64,000 nucleotides of DNA from Candidatus Latescibacterota bacterium (GCA_963707635.1 OY970173.1:1184001-1248000); one strand, 5' to 3'. Shown: positions 18,772 through 29,738, numbered from the stretch's first letter. A program made the numbers and translations. The notes: generated by a model not told the origin, from the letters alone.

Positions 18772-21700
18772 TGCGCTGGTTGATCGCAGGCGCCGTCCGG
18801 CGCCGTGTCACGGTCGTAATGGCCTCGCTGGCCGTCACTGCCTTCGGGATGGTCGGCTACCAGCGGCTTCCGATCGAACTCTTCCCCGACATCTCGTACC
18901 CGTCCCTCACCGTTCAGACCGATTTCCCCGATACGGCTCCCCAGGAGGTCGAGAACCTCGTTACCCGCCCGGTCGAAGAAGCGGTCGGAGTCCTGCGGGG
19001 ACTGAAGTCGATTCACTCGGTTTCCCGCCCCGGCGTGTCCGAAGTGACACTCGAGTTCGACTGGGACTCGGATATGGACCTGCTCTCGATGGAGGTGCGT
19101 GAAAAACTCGACCGTCTGATACTGCCCGAAGAATGCGAAGAACCCATCGTGCTCCGCTTCGACCCCTCTCTCGATCCGATCATGCGCATTGCACTCTCCG
19201 GGGGCGGGGAGCTCAACGAGATGCGCAACCTTGCCGACCGCAAGATCAAGCTCGACCTGGAAACCATCAAAGGGGTGGCGGCCGCGCAGATCAAGGGCGG
19301 ACTCGAGGACGAGGTCCACATCGATGTCGACCAGGAGCGGTTGGCCGCGCTCGGAATCCCGATCCAGCAAGTACGTGATGTGGTGGGGGTTTCCAACGTC
19401 AACGTGCCCGGAGGGTCGCTGCGCGGAGCCGACTCCCAGTTTCTGATCCGTACGCTCAATGAATTCGACTCCGTCGATGAGATCGGGGCCGTGACCATCG
19501 CCGAGCGCGACGGGGCCGCCGTGCGTTTGCGCGACGTTGCCACCGTGCGCATGGGCACCAAGGAGCGCGAGGAAATCACGCGCGTGGACGGTAAGGAATG
19601 CGTGGAAATCGCCGCGTTCAAGGAAGGCGACGCCAACACCGTTAAGGTGGCGCGCCTGCTCCGCGAACGAATCGCCGAGTGGCAGAAGAAGCTCCCGGAG
19701 GGCTACCAACTCTCCGTGATGTTCGACCAGTCGCACTTCATCGAGCAGTCGATCAAGGAAGTGCGTGAGTCCGCAATCCTTGGCGGCCTTCTCGCCATCG
19801 GGGTCCTGTTCCTGTTCCTGCGTGAGTTGCGGAGCACGATCATTATCGCGCTGTCGATTCCGATCTCGGTCGTTGCCACGTTCATGTTCATGTACCGGCT
19901 CAACATCTCGCTAAACGTGATGTCGCTGGGAGGGCTGACGCTGGGCGTCGGCATGTTGGTGGATAACTCCATCGTGGTGCTCGAGTCTATCTTTCGCAAG
20001 CGGAAGGCGGGCCTCCCCCTGGCTCGCGCCGCGCTCGAAGGCGCGGACGAAGTCGGGGCGGCGGTGGGAGCTTCCACGCTGACCACGGTGGCGGTGTTCC
20101 TGCCGATTGTGTTCGTCGAGGGCATCGCGGGGCAGTTGTTCCGTGATCAGGCAATCACGGTCAGCATCAGCCTGCTCGCGTCGCTCGCACTCGCGTTGAC
20201 CTTGATACCCATGTTGAGTGCGCTGGGCCAGCCGGTGCGTAAGGCAGACCTTGACGGCCCACCGCAGATGACCATCGACATGGACGAAAACGTCGATCGT
20301 GCGCTGACGCTGGGCAGGTTCTCGCGCGTCTACGACGGCTTCGTGCGGCGTGCGGTGGCGCGGCCACGGACCGCGATCGCGGTTGCCTTCGGGCTCTTCA
20401 TCTTGTCGATCGGGGCCGTGCCCTTCATCGGCACCGGCCTCATCCCGCCGCTTACCGAGGGCGAGTTCTTCTTCGAGGTCAAATTGCCGGAAGGGAGCTC
20501 GTTGGGCGCGACGGACCGCGTTGTGCGGCAGATCGAGGAAGCCGCCGCCGGGGACGCGCGAATCGCTCACAGCTACTCGCGCATCGGGAGCCGTCTGGTG
20601 TCCGGTGGCATGTCGCTCAACTCTGCCGGCGAGCACTTCGGGCAGGTGAACGTCGAACTTTCCAACAAGACCAGCGATGCGCTGGAGGCAGACGTGATCG
20701 AGGGGCTGCGCTCGCGCTTCGACAGCATGCCCGACGTGGTCGCGAAGTTTGGGCGGCCTTCCTATTTCAGCTTGAAGACGCCCGTCGAAGTGATTCTCTA
20801 TGGGGAGGACCTGGAGGCACTGCGCGACTATTCTCTCGATCTCACGCGCGATTTCGCCGCGTTGCCAGGGCTGGTGGACGTCCGCTCGTCGCTCGAAGCG
20901 GGCAATCCCGAGCTGCAGGTGGTCTTCAATCGAGATCAGGTGGCGGCGCTGGGTCTGGACCTGGGGGCGCTGTCATCGACGCTCCAGAGCCGCGTGCAGG
21001 GCGTCGTGCCGACGCGCTACAAGCAGGCGGACCGTCAGGTCGACGTCCGCATTCGCAACCAGGAAAGCGACCGGGCGTCGGTGGCTGACGTGCGTAACCT
21101 CGTGCTGCCGGGGCCGGGTGGTGCGCCGATCCGACTCGTCTCGGTAGCGGACGTCCGCGTGGACACCGGACCGGCGGAGATTCACCGGTTGCAGCAGCAG
21201 CGGGCAGCGGTCATCAGCGCGAACCTCGAGCACCGGAGTCTCGGCTCCGCGGTCGCCGCCATCCGCAGATCGATGGCCGGGAACCCGCCCCCGGCGGGGA
21301 TAAGTTCCGAGATCGGTGGGCAGAACGCGGAGATGCAGGTGTCGTTTGCAAGCCTGCGATTTGCGACTATTCTGGCCATCTTTCTGGTCTACCTCGTGAT
21401 GGCGGCGACCTTCGAATCGTTCATCCATCCATTCATCGTGCTCTTCACGATTCCGCTTGCGATTGTCGGGGTCGTGGCGGGTCTGCTGGCGACCGGCACC
21501 GACATCAGCGTCATGGTCTTGATCGGCGTGGTCCTGCTGGTCGGGATCGTGGTGAACAACGCCATCGTGCTCATCGACGCCATCAATCGGCTGCGCCGAG
21601 CGGGCATGGACAAACGCGAGGCCGTGGTGCGCGCGGGGCACATTCGCCTGCGCCCGATTCTGATGACCACGCTCACGACGGTACTCGGACTGGTGCCGAT

Positions 21701-21866
21701 GGCGGTCGCGTGGGGCGAGGGGGCGGAGCTGCGTGCCCCTCTGGCGATCACCGTGCTCGCGGGACTCTCGATGAGCACGCTGTTGACCCTGATTGTCATT
21801 CCCGCTGTCTATGTTGCGGTGCCGTCGCGCGTGACCGTCGAAAAGATGGGGGCGTCGCTCGCGTAG
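18771..21866 (+). CDS. RND efflux permease subunit 1 (AcrB/MdtB-like)
   Basis: 1031 aa; GMLVDNSIVVLE, GIVVNNAI and RLRPILMTT motifs. Confidence 0.95.
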   Translation: MRWLIAGAVRRRVTVVMASLAVTAFGMVGYQRLPIELFPDISYPSLTVQTDFPDTAPQEVENLVTRPVEEAVGVLRGLKSIHSVSRPGVSEVTLEFDWDSDMDLLSMEVREKLDRLILPEECEEPIVLRFDPSLDPIMRIALSGGGELNEMRNLADRKIKLDLETIKGVAAAQIKGGLEDEVHIDVDQERLAALGIPIQQVRDVVGVSNVNVPGGSLRGADSQFLIRTLNEFDSVDEIGAVTIAERDGAAVRLRDVATVRMGTKEREEITRVDGKECVEIAAFKEGDANTVKVARLLRERIAEWQKKLPEGYQLSVMFDQSHFIEQSIKEVRESAILGGLLAIGVLFLFLRELRSTIIIALSIPISVVATFMFMYRLNISLNVMSLGGLTLGVGMLVDNSIVVLESIFRKRKAGLPLARAALEGADEVGAAVGASTLTTVAVFLPIVFVEGIAGQLFRDQAITVSISLLASLALALTLIPMLSALGQPVRKADLDGPPQMTIDMDENVDRALTLGRFSRVYDGFVRRAVARPRTAIAVAFGLFILSIGAVPFIGTGLIPPLTEGEFFFEVKLPEGSSLGATDRVVRQIEEAAAGDARIAHSYSRIGSRLVSGGMSLNSAGEHFGQVNVELSNKTSDALEADVIEGLRSRFDSMPDVVAKFGRPSYFSLKTPVEVILYGEDLEALRDYSLDLTRDFAALPGLVDVRSSLEAGNPELQVVFNRDQVAALGLDLGALSSTLQSRVQGVVPTRYKQADRQVDVRIRNQESDRASVADVRNLVLPGPGGAPIRLVSVADVRVDTGPAEIHRLQQQRAAVISANLEHRSLGSAVAAIRRSMAGNPPPAGISSEIGGQNAEMQVSFASLRFATILAIFLVYLVMAATFESFIHPFIVLFTIPLAIVGVVAGLLATGTDISVMVLIGVVLLVGIVVNNAIVLIDAINRLRRAGMDKREAVVRAGHIRLRPILMTTLTTVLGLVPMAVAWGEGAELRAPLAITVLAGLSMSTLLTLIVIPAVYVAVPSRVTVEKMGASLA

Positions 21867-21884
21867 ATCTCCTGGAGGAACGTC

Positions 21885-24800
21885 ATGACCCTGCCTGAAC
21901 TTGCCATCAAGCGCCACGTCACGATGCTCATGGTCATTGTGAGTCTGGTCGTCCTCGGCGCGGTCGCGCTGGTGCGTCTCCCGCTCGCCTTCATGCCCGA
22001 CTTCGAGCAACCGCAGCTCTTCGTTCAGCTTCCCTACGAGAACGCGTCACCGGCGCAAGTGGAGCGACTGGTTGTGCGCCCGGTCGAAGAGGCACTCGGC
22101 TCGGTGGGCGGGCTTTCCAACATGTGGTCGCACATGAACGACCGCGGCGGCACGATCGGCATGGAGTTCGACTGGTCGCAGAACATGAAAGTAGCTCGCA
22201 CGGAGGTCTGGGAGAAGCTCGACCGCGTGCGCCGCGACCTTCCCGACGACGTCGGCGACATCATGGTGTCGAGCAACTGGGATGCCCGCGAGACCGAGAT
22301 GCCGGTCATCGAGGGGCGCCTTTCGTCCAAGCGGGACTTGAGTGAGAGCTACGACCTGCTCGAGCGGAGAATTGTGAAGCCGCTCGAGCGCATACCCGGG
22401 GTCGCCAGCGTCCGCCTGGACGGAGTCAATCCGCGCGAGGTGCGCATCAACCTGAACGTCGCGGCGCTGGAACTGCACGGCATCGACGTACGCGACGTGA
22501 TTGCCACGTTGCGCGATTCCAATTTCGATAAATCATTGGGGAGGATCAGCGACGGCGAGTCGCGCTGGTCGCTGCGCGTCGTCGGGTCGTTCAAAACGGT
22601 CGAGGAGATCCAGGCCCTGCCCATCCGTGAGGACGGGCTGCGACTGCGCGACATCGCGGAAGTCCGTTACGAGGAGCCGCCGCTGGAGTATGGCCGGCAC
22701 CTCGACGGTGATTTCGCGATCGGCGTCACTATCGCGCAGGAGTCGAAGGCCAACACGGTGGAGGTCTGCGACGCGGTGGACAAGCGCATCGCCGCGATGA
22801 ATGACGACCCCGAACTGAAGGGTGTGAATTTTCTTACCTGGTTCAGCCAGGGCAAGGAGATCAAGAAAACGCTCAGGGACCTGATGTTCACGGGCGTCTT
22901 CGGAGCCATCCTCGCGGCACTGGTCCTGTATACCTTCCTTCGCCGCGTTTCGACGACGATGGTCTCGGTGTCGTGCATTCCATTTTCGCTCATCGTGGCC
23001 TGCGGCTTTGTGTGGGCACGCGGCGGCTCCATGAACACGCTCGTGCTACTGGGACTCATCGTAGCCATCGGCATGCTCGTGGACAATGCGGTGGTCGTAA
23101 TGGAGAACATTTTCCGCCACCAGGAGTTGGGCGAAGATCAGAAGCAAGCAACGAGCAGAGGCGCGTCCGAGGTGGCAATCGCCGTGACGGGGGCAACCCT
23201 CACGTCGGTCATCGTGTTCCTTCCGCTCATCTTCAACAAGCCGAGCGAGATGAATGTGTATCTCAAGGAACTGGGGATAAGCGTTTGTGTCGTCATTCTG
23301 GCGTCGTTGTTCATCAGCCAAACTCTCATTCCGCTCGCGACGTCGTGGTTCATAAAGTCGCGCCCCAAGCCGAAGACGAGACTCATGTTGAGGACCGAAG
23401 CCACTTACGAGCGTATGCTGGTTTTCAACTTGAAACACCGCTGGCTGGCGCCGGTTATCCTGGTGGCAGCGCTCGCGTCCGCCTACATCCCGTTCACCAA
23501 GGTCGACAAGAACTTCGACACCAGCGAAAACGAGCTCTTCGTCCAGGTGAACTACGACTTCAGCGAAAACATGGGTCTCGACCGTAAGGAGGAGTTTGTC
23601 ACGCGCCTGGAGGCGGCGCTGGAACCGCATCGCGAAGAAATGATGGCGCGTTCGATCTACAGCTTCTGGAGCGACCAGTGGACGATGACGCGTGTGTATC
23701 TCAACGAAGGGAAGGCGAATGAGGAGAACATCGCACAGGTGCGTAAACAGCTGCGCGAGATGCTGCCGGAGATCGCCGGCCTCAAGTTCGAAGTGGCGGA
23801 GAACAACCAGTTCTGGCGTCAGGATCGGGGCAAGCGCATTGCCCTGCAGATCGTAGGCGAAGACTCGGACGTGCTGGCCGACATCGGCGACGAGGTAAAG
23901 CAGCGCCTGGAAGAGATTCCGGGCCTGATCGAGCCATTCGCCGGCGGATGGGGCGGCGACCAGGAGGGGCGCGAAGAAATCCACGTCGAAGTCGATCGCG
24001 ATCTTGCGTCTAAGATGGGGGTGTCGCTCGCGCAGCCGGCGCAAGTGGTGGGCCTCACGTACCGCGGGCAGCGCCTGCAGCGCTTTCGGACCGCGGACGG
24101 CGAGCGCGAGATGCGTGTGACGCTTGACGAGACGGAGAACGAGTCGGTGGCGCAGTTGCGCAACCTCCCCGTGTGGACCCGCGAGGGAGAGAAGATCCCG
24201 CTCGCGTCTCTGGCGTCCTTCACCGAAAAAGTCGGGCCACGCGACATCAATCGTGACAACCGCCTCACCAGCCTGTGGGCGGGCGCGCGCTTCGAAGAGG
24301 GAACTCGTGAGCAGTACATCCCTCTGGTCACCGCCGCGTTGAACGGCATCGAGTTCCCGTACGGGTACTCGTGGACCTTCGGGCGCTGGGAAGAGCGTCG
24401 CAAAGAGAAAACACAAGAGTTCCTGACAAACCTCCTGCTTGCGCTGCTCCTGATCTTTGCGGTGATGGCGTCGTTGTTCGAGTCGGCGCGCCAGGCGATC
24501 ACGCTGCTGCTCGCGCTGCCGTTCGCGCTGGCCGGCGCCTTCTGGACGCTGTATGCGACCGGCACCGACTTCGACCAGCCGGCGGCGGTGGGGTTGCTGC
24601 TGCTGATCGGCACCGTCGTCAACAACGGGATCGTCATGCTGGCGCACGTCAATCACTACCGCAACGGAGGGATGCTCCGCTACGACGCGATGCTCAAGGG
24701 ATGCCGCGAGCGCCTGCGTCCCATCATGATGACGGCACTCACCACCCTCATCTCGCTGGTGCCGATGGTCGTGCAGAGGCCCTCCCTCGGCGGCGTGTAC

Positions 24801-24980
24801 TACTATTCGATGGCGCTCGTCATCATGGGTGGCCTGCTCCTGTCCACGTTCCTGACCCTGATCCTGCTTCCGACCACGATCACGCTGGTGGAGGACGGCA
24901 CCAACTGGGTGGCGCGGATGGTGGAACGGCTGCTCGTACTCGTGCGGCTGCGCAAGAAGCAGGCGATACTCGCCGACTGA
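21885..24980 (+). CDS. RND efflux permease subunit 2 (MdtC-like partner)
   Basis: 1031 aa; GMLVDNAVVVMEN and RLRPIMMT motifs. Confidence 0.95.
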   Translation: MTLPELAIKRHVTMLMVIVSLVVLGAVALVRLPLAFMPDFEQPQLFVQLPYENASPAQVERLVVRPVEEALGSVGGLSNMWSHMNDRGGTIGMEFDWSQNMKVARTEVWEKLDRVRRDLPDDVGDIMVSSNWDARETEMPVIEGRLSSKRDLSESYDLLERRIVKPLERIPGVASVRLDGVNPREVRINLNVAALELHGIDVRDVIATLRDSNFDKSLGRISDGESRWSLRVVGSFKTVEEIQALPIREDGLRLRDIAEVRYEEPPLEYGRHLDGDFAIGVTIAQESKANTVEVCDAVDKRIAAMNDDPELKGVNFLTWFSQGKEIKKTLRDLMFTGVFGAILAALVLYTFLRRVSTTMVSVSCIPFSLIVACGFVWARGGSMNTLVLLGLIVAIGMLVDNAVVVMENIFRHQELGEDQKQATSRGASEVAIAVTGATLTSVIVFLPLIFNKPSEMNVYLKELGISVCVVILASLFISQTLIPLATSWFIKSRPKPKTRLMLRTEATYERMLVFNLKHRWLAPVILVAALASAYIPFTKVDKNFDTSENELFVQVNYDFSENMGLDRKEEFVTRLEAALEPHREEMMARSIYSFWSDQWTMTRVYLNEGKANEENIAQVRKQLREMLPEIAGLKFEVAENNQFWRQDRGKRIALQIVGEDSDVLADIGDEVKQRLEEIPGLIEPFAGGWGGDQEGREEIHVEVDRDLASKMGVSLAQPAQVVGLTYRGQRLQRFRTADGEREMRVTLDETENESVAQLRNLPVWTREGEKIPLASLASFTEKVGPRDINRDNRLTSLWAGARFEEGTREQYIPLVTAALNGIEFPYGYSWTFGRWEERRKEKTQEFLTNLLLALLLIFAVMASLFESARQAITLLLALPFALAGAFWTLYATGTDFDQPAAVGLLLLIGTVVNNGIVMLAHVNHYRNGGMLRYDAMLKGCRERLRPIMMTALTTLISLVPMVVQRPSLGGVYYYSMALVIMGGLLLSTFLTLILLPTTITLVEDGTNWVARMVERLLVLVRLRKKQAILAD

Positions 24981-24991
24981 CCGCCCGCGTT

Positions 24992-25021
24992 TTGACAGGA
25001 CGCGCGGCTATCTGGTAGGCT
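24992..25021 (+). promoter_or_regulatory. putative sigma70 promoter
   Basis: TTGACA-18-TAGGCT, about 50 bp before the ATG at 25071. Confidence 0.5.
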
Positions 25022-25070
25022 TCGCGGGCGACGGCGGCGCGCGGCGCCTCGACCGGCCGCGACCCATCCG

Positions 25071-27389
25071 ATGACCGCGACGCCCTCGACGTCCTCGACC
25101 CCCTCGCACGCCGTCTACGGCGGCATCTTCGCGGTTTCCGCGGCGACGCTGCTGTTCCAGGTCACCTTCGTCCGCATCTTCTCGGTCTCGATCTGGTACC
25201 ACTTCGCGTTCCTGGTGGTCTCGGTGGCGCTGTTCGGCATCGGCGCCAGCGGCGTGGCGCTCGCTCTGGTCGCGCCGGGTGAGCGCGACCGGAGCTATCG
25301 CGCCCTCGCCCCCGCGTGCTTTTCGCTCTCGGCGCTGGTCGCATACGTGGGCATCAACGCGATTCCGTTCTCGCCCTTCCGGATCCTGCAGGAGCCGGTC
25401 CAGGTGCTGCGCTTTCTCGCGTACGACGTGCTCCTCATGCTCCCCTTCTTCTTCTCGGGCGCGGCGGTCGCGCTGATCCTCCGCGCCTTCCCCGAGCGGG
25501 CGGGACGGCTGTACGCCTTCGACCTGGTGGGAGCGGCGGTGGGCACGCTGCTGGTATTCGTGCTGCTGCCGTGGGTCGGCGCCCGCGGTGCGGTTGCGGG
25601 CGCGGTGGTGCTCGGCCTGGTGTCGTCGGCGTGCCTCGCGCCGTCGCGCCGCTGGCGCGCCGGGTTCGGTGCGGCCACGCTCGCGGCGATCGCGCTGGTG
25701 GCGCGCCCCACGCTCCTGCCCGACGTTCGCATGGACGACAGCAAGCCGGTGCGCGTCGAGCTGGACCAGCGCGGCGGCCGGCTCGCGTTCAGCCGCTGGA
25801 ACGCGCTGTCGCGGATCGACGTGGTCGAGGGACAGGCCGACCCGATGATCTTCATCGATGCCGCGGCGGCAACGCCGGTGACGCCGCCGCAGGACTCCAC
25901 GCGCGCGGCGCGCGACTTGAGCACGATCGCGTACGGAATGCGCGGCGGGGCCGACGTGGCGGTGATCGGGTCGGGGGGTGGCATCGACGTGCAGAACGCG
26001 CTGGCCCTGGGCGCGCGCTCGGTCACCGCGATCGAGATCAACCCGATCATCGTCGAACTGGTGACGGGACCGTATCGCGATTACGTCGGCAATGTTTTCT
26101 CCGACCCGCGCGTGCATCTGGTGCGCGACGAGGGGCGCAGCTGCATCGCGCGCAGCCGGGATCGATTCGGTGTCATTCAGATCACGCTCATCGACACGTG
26201 GGCAGCCAGCGTGTCGGGCGCGTACAGCCTGTCTGAAAACTACCTGTACACGACCGAGGGCTTCGCCGAGTACCTGTCGCACCTCGCCGGCGACGGCATC
26301 CTGTCGGTAACGCGCTGGCACTACGAGATGCCGCGACTGGTATCGCTGGCCCGCGCGGGGCTCGAAGAGATCGGGGTCGAGAGCCCGGCGCGGCACGTGA
26401 TGGTGTTTCAGCAGAAGGTCCGGTCCCTTCTCCTCGTCAAACGCTCCCCGTTCACCGCCGGGGAAGTGCAGTGGGCGCGCGCGCGCGCGGCGGCGATCGG
26501 GGCGACGCTGCGCTATGACCCGACGGAGCCCCGGCCCCCGGAGTTGTACGCGATCCTGCTGACGCACCCGGACCCCGAGGCCGTGTTCCAGGACGCGCCG
26601 GTGGCGCTCGACCCGGTGCGCGACGACAGCCCGTTCTTCTTCCAGATGACGCGCTGGCGGAAAATCGACCTCGCGGCGCTGCGCAAGTTCGGCAAGGGAG
26701 GCGTCCTGGAGCCGCTGGCGTTGCCCGTGGCCCAGATCACGCTCTTGAGCGCGCTGTTGCTTTCGGTCGTGATGTCGCTGGTCCTGCTCGCGGTGCCGCT
26801 GGCGGCGCGGGTGATTCCGCGCGCGCGACGCTGGACGTGGCTCGCGTACTTCTTCGCCCTCGGCGTTGCGTTCATCACCGTCGAAGTCGTGCTCATGCAG
26901 CGGATGGCGCTGTTCCTCGGCCACCCGACCTATTCCGTCACCGCGGTGCTCTTCGCGATCCTCCTGTTTTCCGGTCTGGGCGCGGCGTGGTCGGACCGCC
27001 GCACCGGGACCCCCGCCGAGGTCACCCGCATCGCGCGGTGGGGGCTCCCGGTGGTGATCGTGCTGCTGGTGTTTGCGGTTCCGCCGTCGCTGCGCGCGAT
27101 GATCGGGCTGCCGCACGCGGTGCGCCTGCTGATCGCGGTGGCGATCATCGCGCCGGCGGCGTTCCTCATGGGGATCCCGTTTCCCGCCGGGATCCGCACT
27201 ATCGCCGCCACGGGCGGCCGTCACATTCCGTGGGCGTGGGCGGCCAACGGGTGCGCCAGCGTCGTGGGCTCGGTGTGCGCGGTGCTCGGCGCCATGCTGA
27301 CGAGCTTCAGTGTCATGCTCCTCTTCGCGGGCGTGGTGTACGTGGGGGCGCTCACGCTGATCGCGCGTGTGCGCACCCGGCTCACCTGA
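25071..27389 (+). CDS. integral membrane protein with central spermidine-synthase-like SAM-binding domain
   Basis: N- and C-terminal TM bundles; VIGSGGGIDV, EINP, DEGR, ENYLYT and DDSPFF motifs. Confidence 0.85.
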   Translation: MTATPSTSSTPSHAVYGGIFAVSAATLLFQVTFVRIFSVSIWYHFAFLVVSVALFGIGASGVALALVAPGERDRSYRALAPACFSLSALVAYVGINAIPFSPFRILQEPVQVLRFLAYDVLLMLPFFFSGAAVALILRAFPERAGRLYAFDLVGAAVGTLLVFVLLPWVGARGAVAGAVVLGLVSSACLAPSRRWRAGFGAATLAAIALVARPTLLPDVRMDDSKPVRVELDQRGGRLAFSRWNALSRIDVVEGQADPMIFIDAAAATPVTPPQDSTRAARDLSTIAYGMRGGADVAVIGSGGGIDVQNALALGARSVTAIEINPIIVELVTGPYRDYVGNVFSDPRVHLVRDEGRSCIARSRDRFGVIQITLIDTWAASVSGAYSLSENYLYTTEGFAEYLSHLAGDGILSVTRWHYEMPRLVSLARAGLEEIGVESPARHVMVFQQKVRSLLLVKRSPFTAGEVQWARARAAAIGATLRYDPTEPRPPELYAILLTHPDPEAVFQDAPVALDPVRDDSPFFFQMTRWRKIDLAALRKFGKGGVLEPLALPVAQITLLSALLLSVVMSLVLLAVPLAARVIPRARRWTWLAYFFALGVAFITVEVVLMQRMALFLGHPTYSVTAVLFAILLFSGLGAAWSDRRTGTPAEVTRIARWGLPVVIVLLVFAVPPSLRAMIGLPHAVRLLIAVAIIAPAAFLMGIPFPAGIRTIAATGGRHIPWAWAANGCASVVGSVCAVLGAMLTSFSVMLLFAGVVYVGALTLIARVRTRLT

Positions 27390-27404
27390 TCGGGGGGAGG
27401 GCAC

Positions 27405-28799
27405 GTGGCCAGCCTGCGCCGCACGCTGCGTGATCTCGCCGACGCCGTCCGCGGCAGCGAGCAGGACTACACCGAGGGCAGCCTCGGCCGCGCCGTCCTC
27501 CTGCTGTCGGTCCCGATGGTGCTCGAGATGGCGATGGAGGCGCTCTTCGCCGTCGTCGACGTGTACTTCGTCTCCTCGCTCGGTCCGTCGGCGGTCGCGA
27601 CCGTCGGCCTGACCGAATCCGTCCTCACACTCGTCTACGCCGTCGCCATCGGGCTCGCCATGGGAACCACCGCGATGGTGGCGCGGCGGATCGGGGAAAA
27701 GCATCCGGCCGGCGCCGCCGACGTCGCGGTGCAGGCCATCGTCGTGGCCGCGATCGCGTCGATCCCGGTGGCCGTGGTCGGGCTCTGCTTCGCAAAGAAG
27801 GTGCTCGTGCTCATGGGGGCGGACGCCTGGGCGTTGGAGCACGGCTACCGCTACACCCGCTGGATGCTGGGCGGAAACGTCGTCATCATGCTGATCTTCG
27901 TGATCAACGCGGTCTTTCGCGGCGCGGGTGACCCGGCGATGGCGATGCGCGTGCTGTGGATTTCGAACGGAATCAACATCGTGCTCGACCCCGCGCTCAT
28001 TCGCGGGTGGGGCCCGTTGCCCGCGTTCGGCGTCGAGGGAGCCGCCATCGCGACGACCATCGGCCGCGGCGTGGGCGTGGCGATCCAGCTCGCCGTCCTG
28101 TTTCGCGGAGCGAAACACATCCGCGTGCTCCGCTCGCAGCTGCGCATCCACGCCGACGTGATGTGGCGCCTGGTTCGCCTTTCCCTCGGCGGGATCGCCC
28201 AGCTCATCATCGCCACCTCGAGCTGGGTCGGGCTCATGCGCATCATGTCCGAGTTCGGCAGCGTGGCGCTCGCCGGCTACACCATCGCGGTGCGTATCAT
28301 CATATTCACGTTCCTGCCGGCGTGGGGGCTGTCCAACGCGGCCGCGACCCTCGTGGGCCAGAATCTCGGCGCGAAAAAGCCCGAGCGCGCGGAACGCTCC
28401 GTGTGGCTGACCGGCCTGGCGACCATGATATTCATGGCGGTGGTGGCGGCGGTGTACATCGCGTTCAACCAGGAGTTGGTCCGAATATTCAGCCGCGAGC
28501 CCGGGGTGGTCGCCGCGGGCGCGGAGTGCCTTCGGATCGTCTCCTACGGATATCTGTTCTACGCGTGGGAGCTAGTGATCATCCAGGCATTCAACGGCGC
28601 GGGCGACACCATCACACCCACCAAGATCAACTTCGCCTGCTTCTGGCTGATCGAGATCCCGGTGGCATACGTCTTCGCGCTGAAACTGGGCGCGGGCGAG
28701 CGCGGCGTGTACTGGTCGATCGTGATCGCGGAGTCGATCGCCGGCCTGGTGGCGATCGTCTTGTTCCGGCGGGGCAGGTGGAAGGAGCGGGTGGTGTAG
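27405..28799 (+). CDS. MATE family efflux transporter
   Basis: DYTEG, FRGAGD, NIVLDP and GQNLGA motifs; about 12 TM helices. Confidence 0.93.
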   Translation: MASLRRTLRDLADAVRGSEQDYTEGSLGRAVLLLSVPMVLEMAMEALFAVVDVYFVSSLGPSAVATVGLTESVLTLVYAVAIGLAMGTTAMVARRIGEKHPAGAADVAVQAIVVAAIASIPVAVVGLCFAKKVLVLMGADAWALEHGYRYTRWMLGGNVVIMLIFVINAVFRGAGDPAMAMRVLWISNGINIVLDPALIRGWGPLPAFGVEGAAIATTIGRGVGVAIQLAVLFRGAKHIRVLRSQLRIHADVMWRLVRLSLGGIAQLIIATSSWVGLMRIMSEFGSVALAGYTIAVRIIIFTFLPAWGLSNAAATLVGQNLGAKKPERAERSVWLTGLATMIFMAVVAAVYIAFNQELVRIFSREPGVVAAGAECLRIVSYGYLFYAWELVIIQAFNGAGDTITPTKINFACFWLIEIPVAYVFALKLGAGERGVYWSIVIAESIAGLVAIVLFRRGRWKERVV

Positions 28800-28884
28800 G
28801 TCGCTTGCCCGGGATCCGCCGCCAGGGTGTAAACTCAGCGCGCGGCCTCGTCAGTCCGCAGGTCTCGATCGGGGAGGTAGCCAG

Positions 28885-29637
28885 ATGACACTCAAAGGCA
28901 AAGTAGCGATGGTCACCGGCGCGTCGTCCGGGATCGGTAAGGCGATCGCGCAGCTGTACGCGCGCGAAGGCGCCGCCGTCGTTCTCGCGGACATGAACCG
29001 GGAGGCGGGCGAGAGCGCCGCCGAGGAGATTCGCAAAGCCGGCGGAGACGCGTTGTTCGTGCCCGCCAACGTCGCGGAGGCGGCCGACGGCGAGCGCACG
29101 GTGAAAGCGGCGGTGGAACGCTACGGCCGCCTGGACTGCGCGTGCAACAACGCCGGCATCGGGGGCGAACCGAACCTGACCGCCGACTATTCGATCGAAG
29201 GCTGGTCGAAGGTCATCGCCATCAATCTTTCCGGCGTCTTCTACGGGATGAAGTACCAGATTCCCGCGATGGTGAAGAGCGGGGGCGGCTCGATCGTCAA
29301 CATGGCCTCGATTCTCGGGCAGGTCGGGTTCTCGGGTGCGAGCGCGTACGTCGCGGCCAAGCACGGCGTGGTGGGCCTGACCAAGAATGCCGCGCTCGAG
29401 TACGCGAAGAGCCGGATCCGCGTCAACGCGGTCGGCCCCGGGTTCATCAGCACGCCGCTCATCAAGGCGCTGGAAGACGACCCACGCGCGATGGAAACAC
29501 TGGTCTCGATGCATCCGATCGGACGGCTGGGGAGACCGGAAGAGGTGGCCGAACTGGTGGTGTGGTTGAGCTCGGAGAAGGCGTCGTTCGTGACGGGAAG
29601 CTACTACGCGGTGGACGGGGGGTATCTTTCTCGGTAG
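28885..29637 (+). CDS. short-chain dehydrogenase/reductase
   Basis: TGASSGIG, NNAG, YVAAKHG and VDGG motifs. Confidence 0.95.
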   Translation: MTLKGKVAMVTGASSGIGKAIAQLYAREGAAVVLADMNREAGESAAEEIRKAGGDALFVPANVAEAADGERTVKAAVERYGRLDCACNNAGIGGEPNLTADYSIEGWSKVIAINLSGVFYGMKYQIPAMVKSGGGSIVNMASILGQVGFSGASAYVAAKHGVVGLTKNAALEYAKSRIRVNAVGPGFISTPLIKALEDDPRAMETLVSMHPIGRLGRPEEVAELVVWLSSEKASFVTGSYYAVDGGYLSR

Positions 29638-29738
29638 CCAGGCTCGGTAGCTTGGCTCGCTAGATCGATTTCGCGGTCTCGTCGGACGCGGCGACGCCGC
29701 GTGTGTCGGCACACGCGACGTCGCGCACGTCCTCTAAT

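Noticed and set aside
25008..28151. 1047-aa minus-strand ORF and many other long Arg/Gly/Pro-rich overlapping ORFs
   Set aside because: Shadow frames of real genes in high-GC DNA, with no motifs or RBS.
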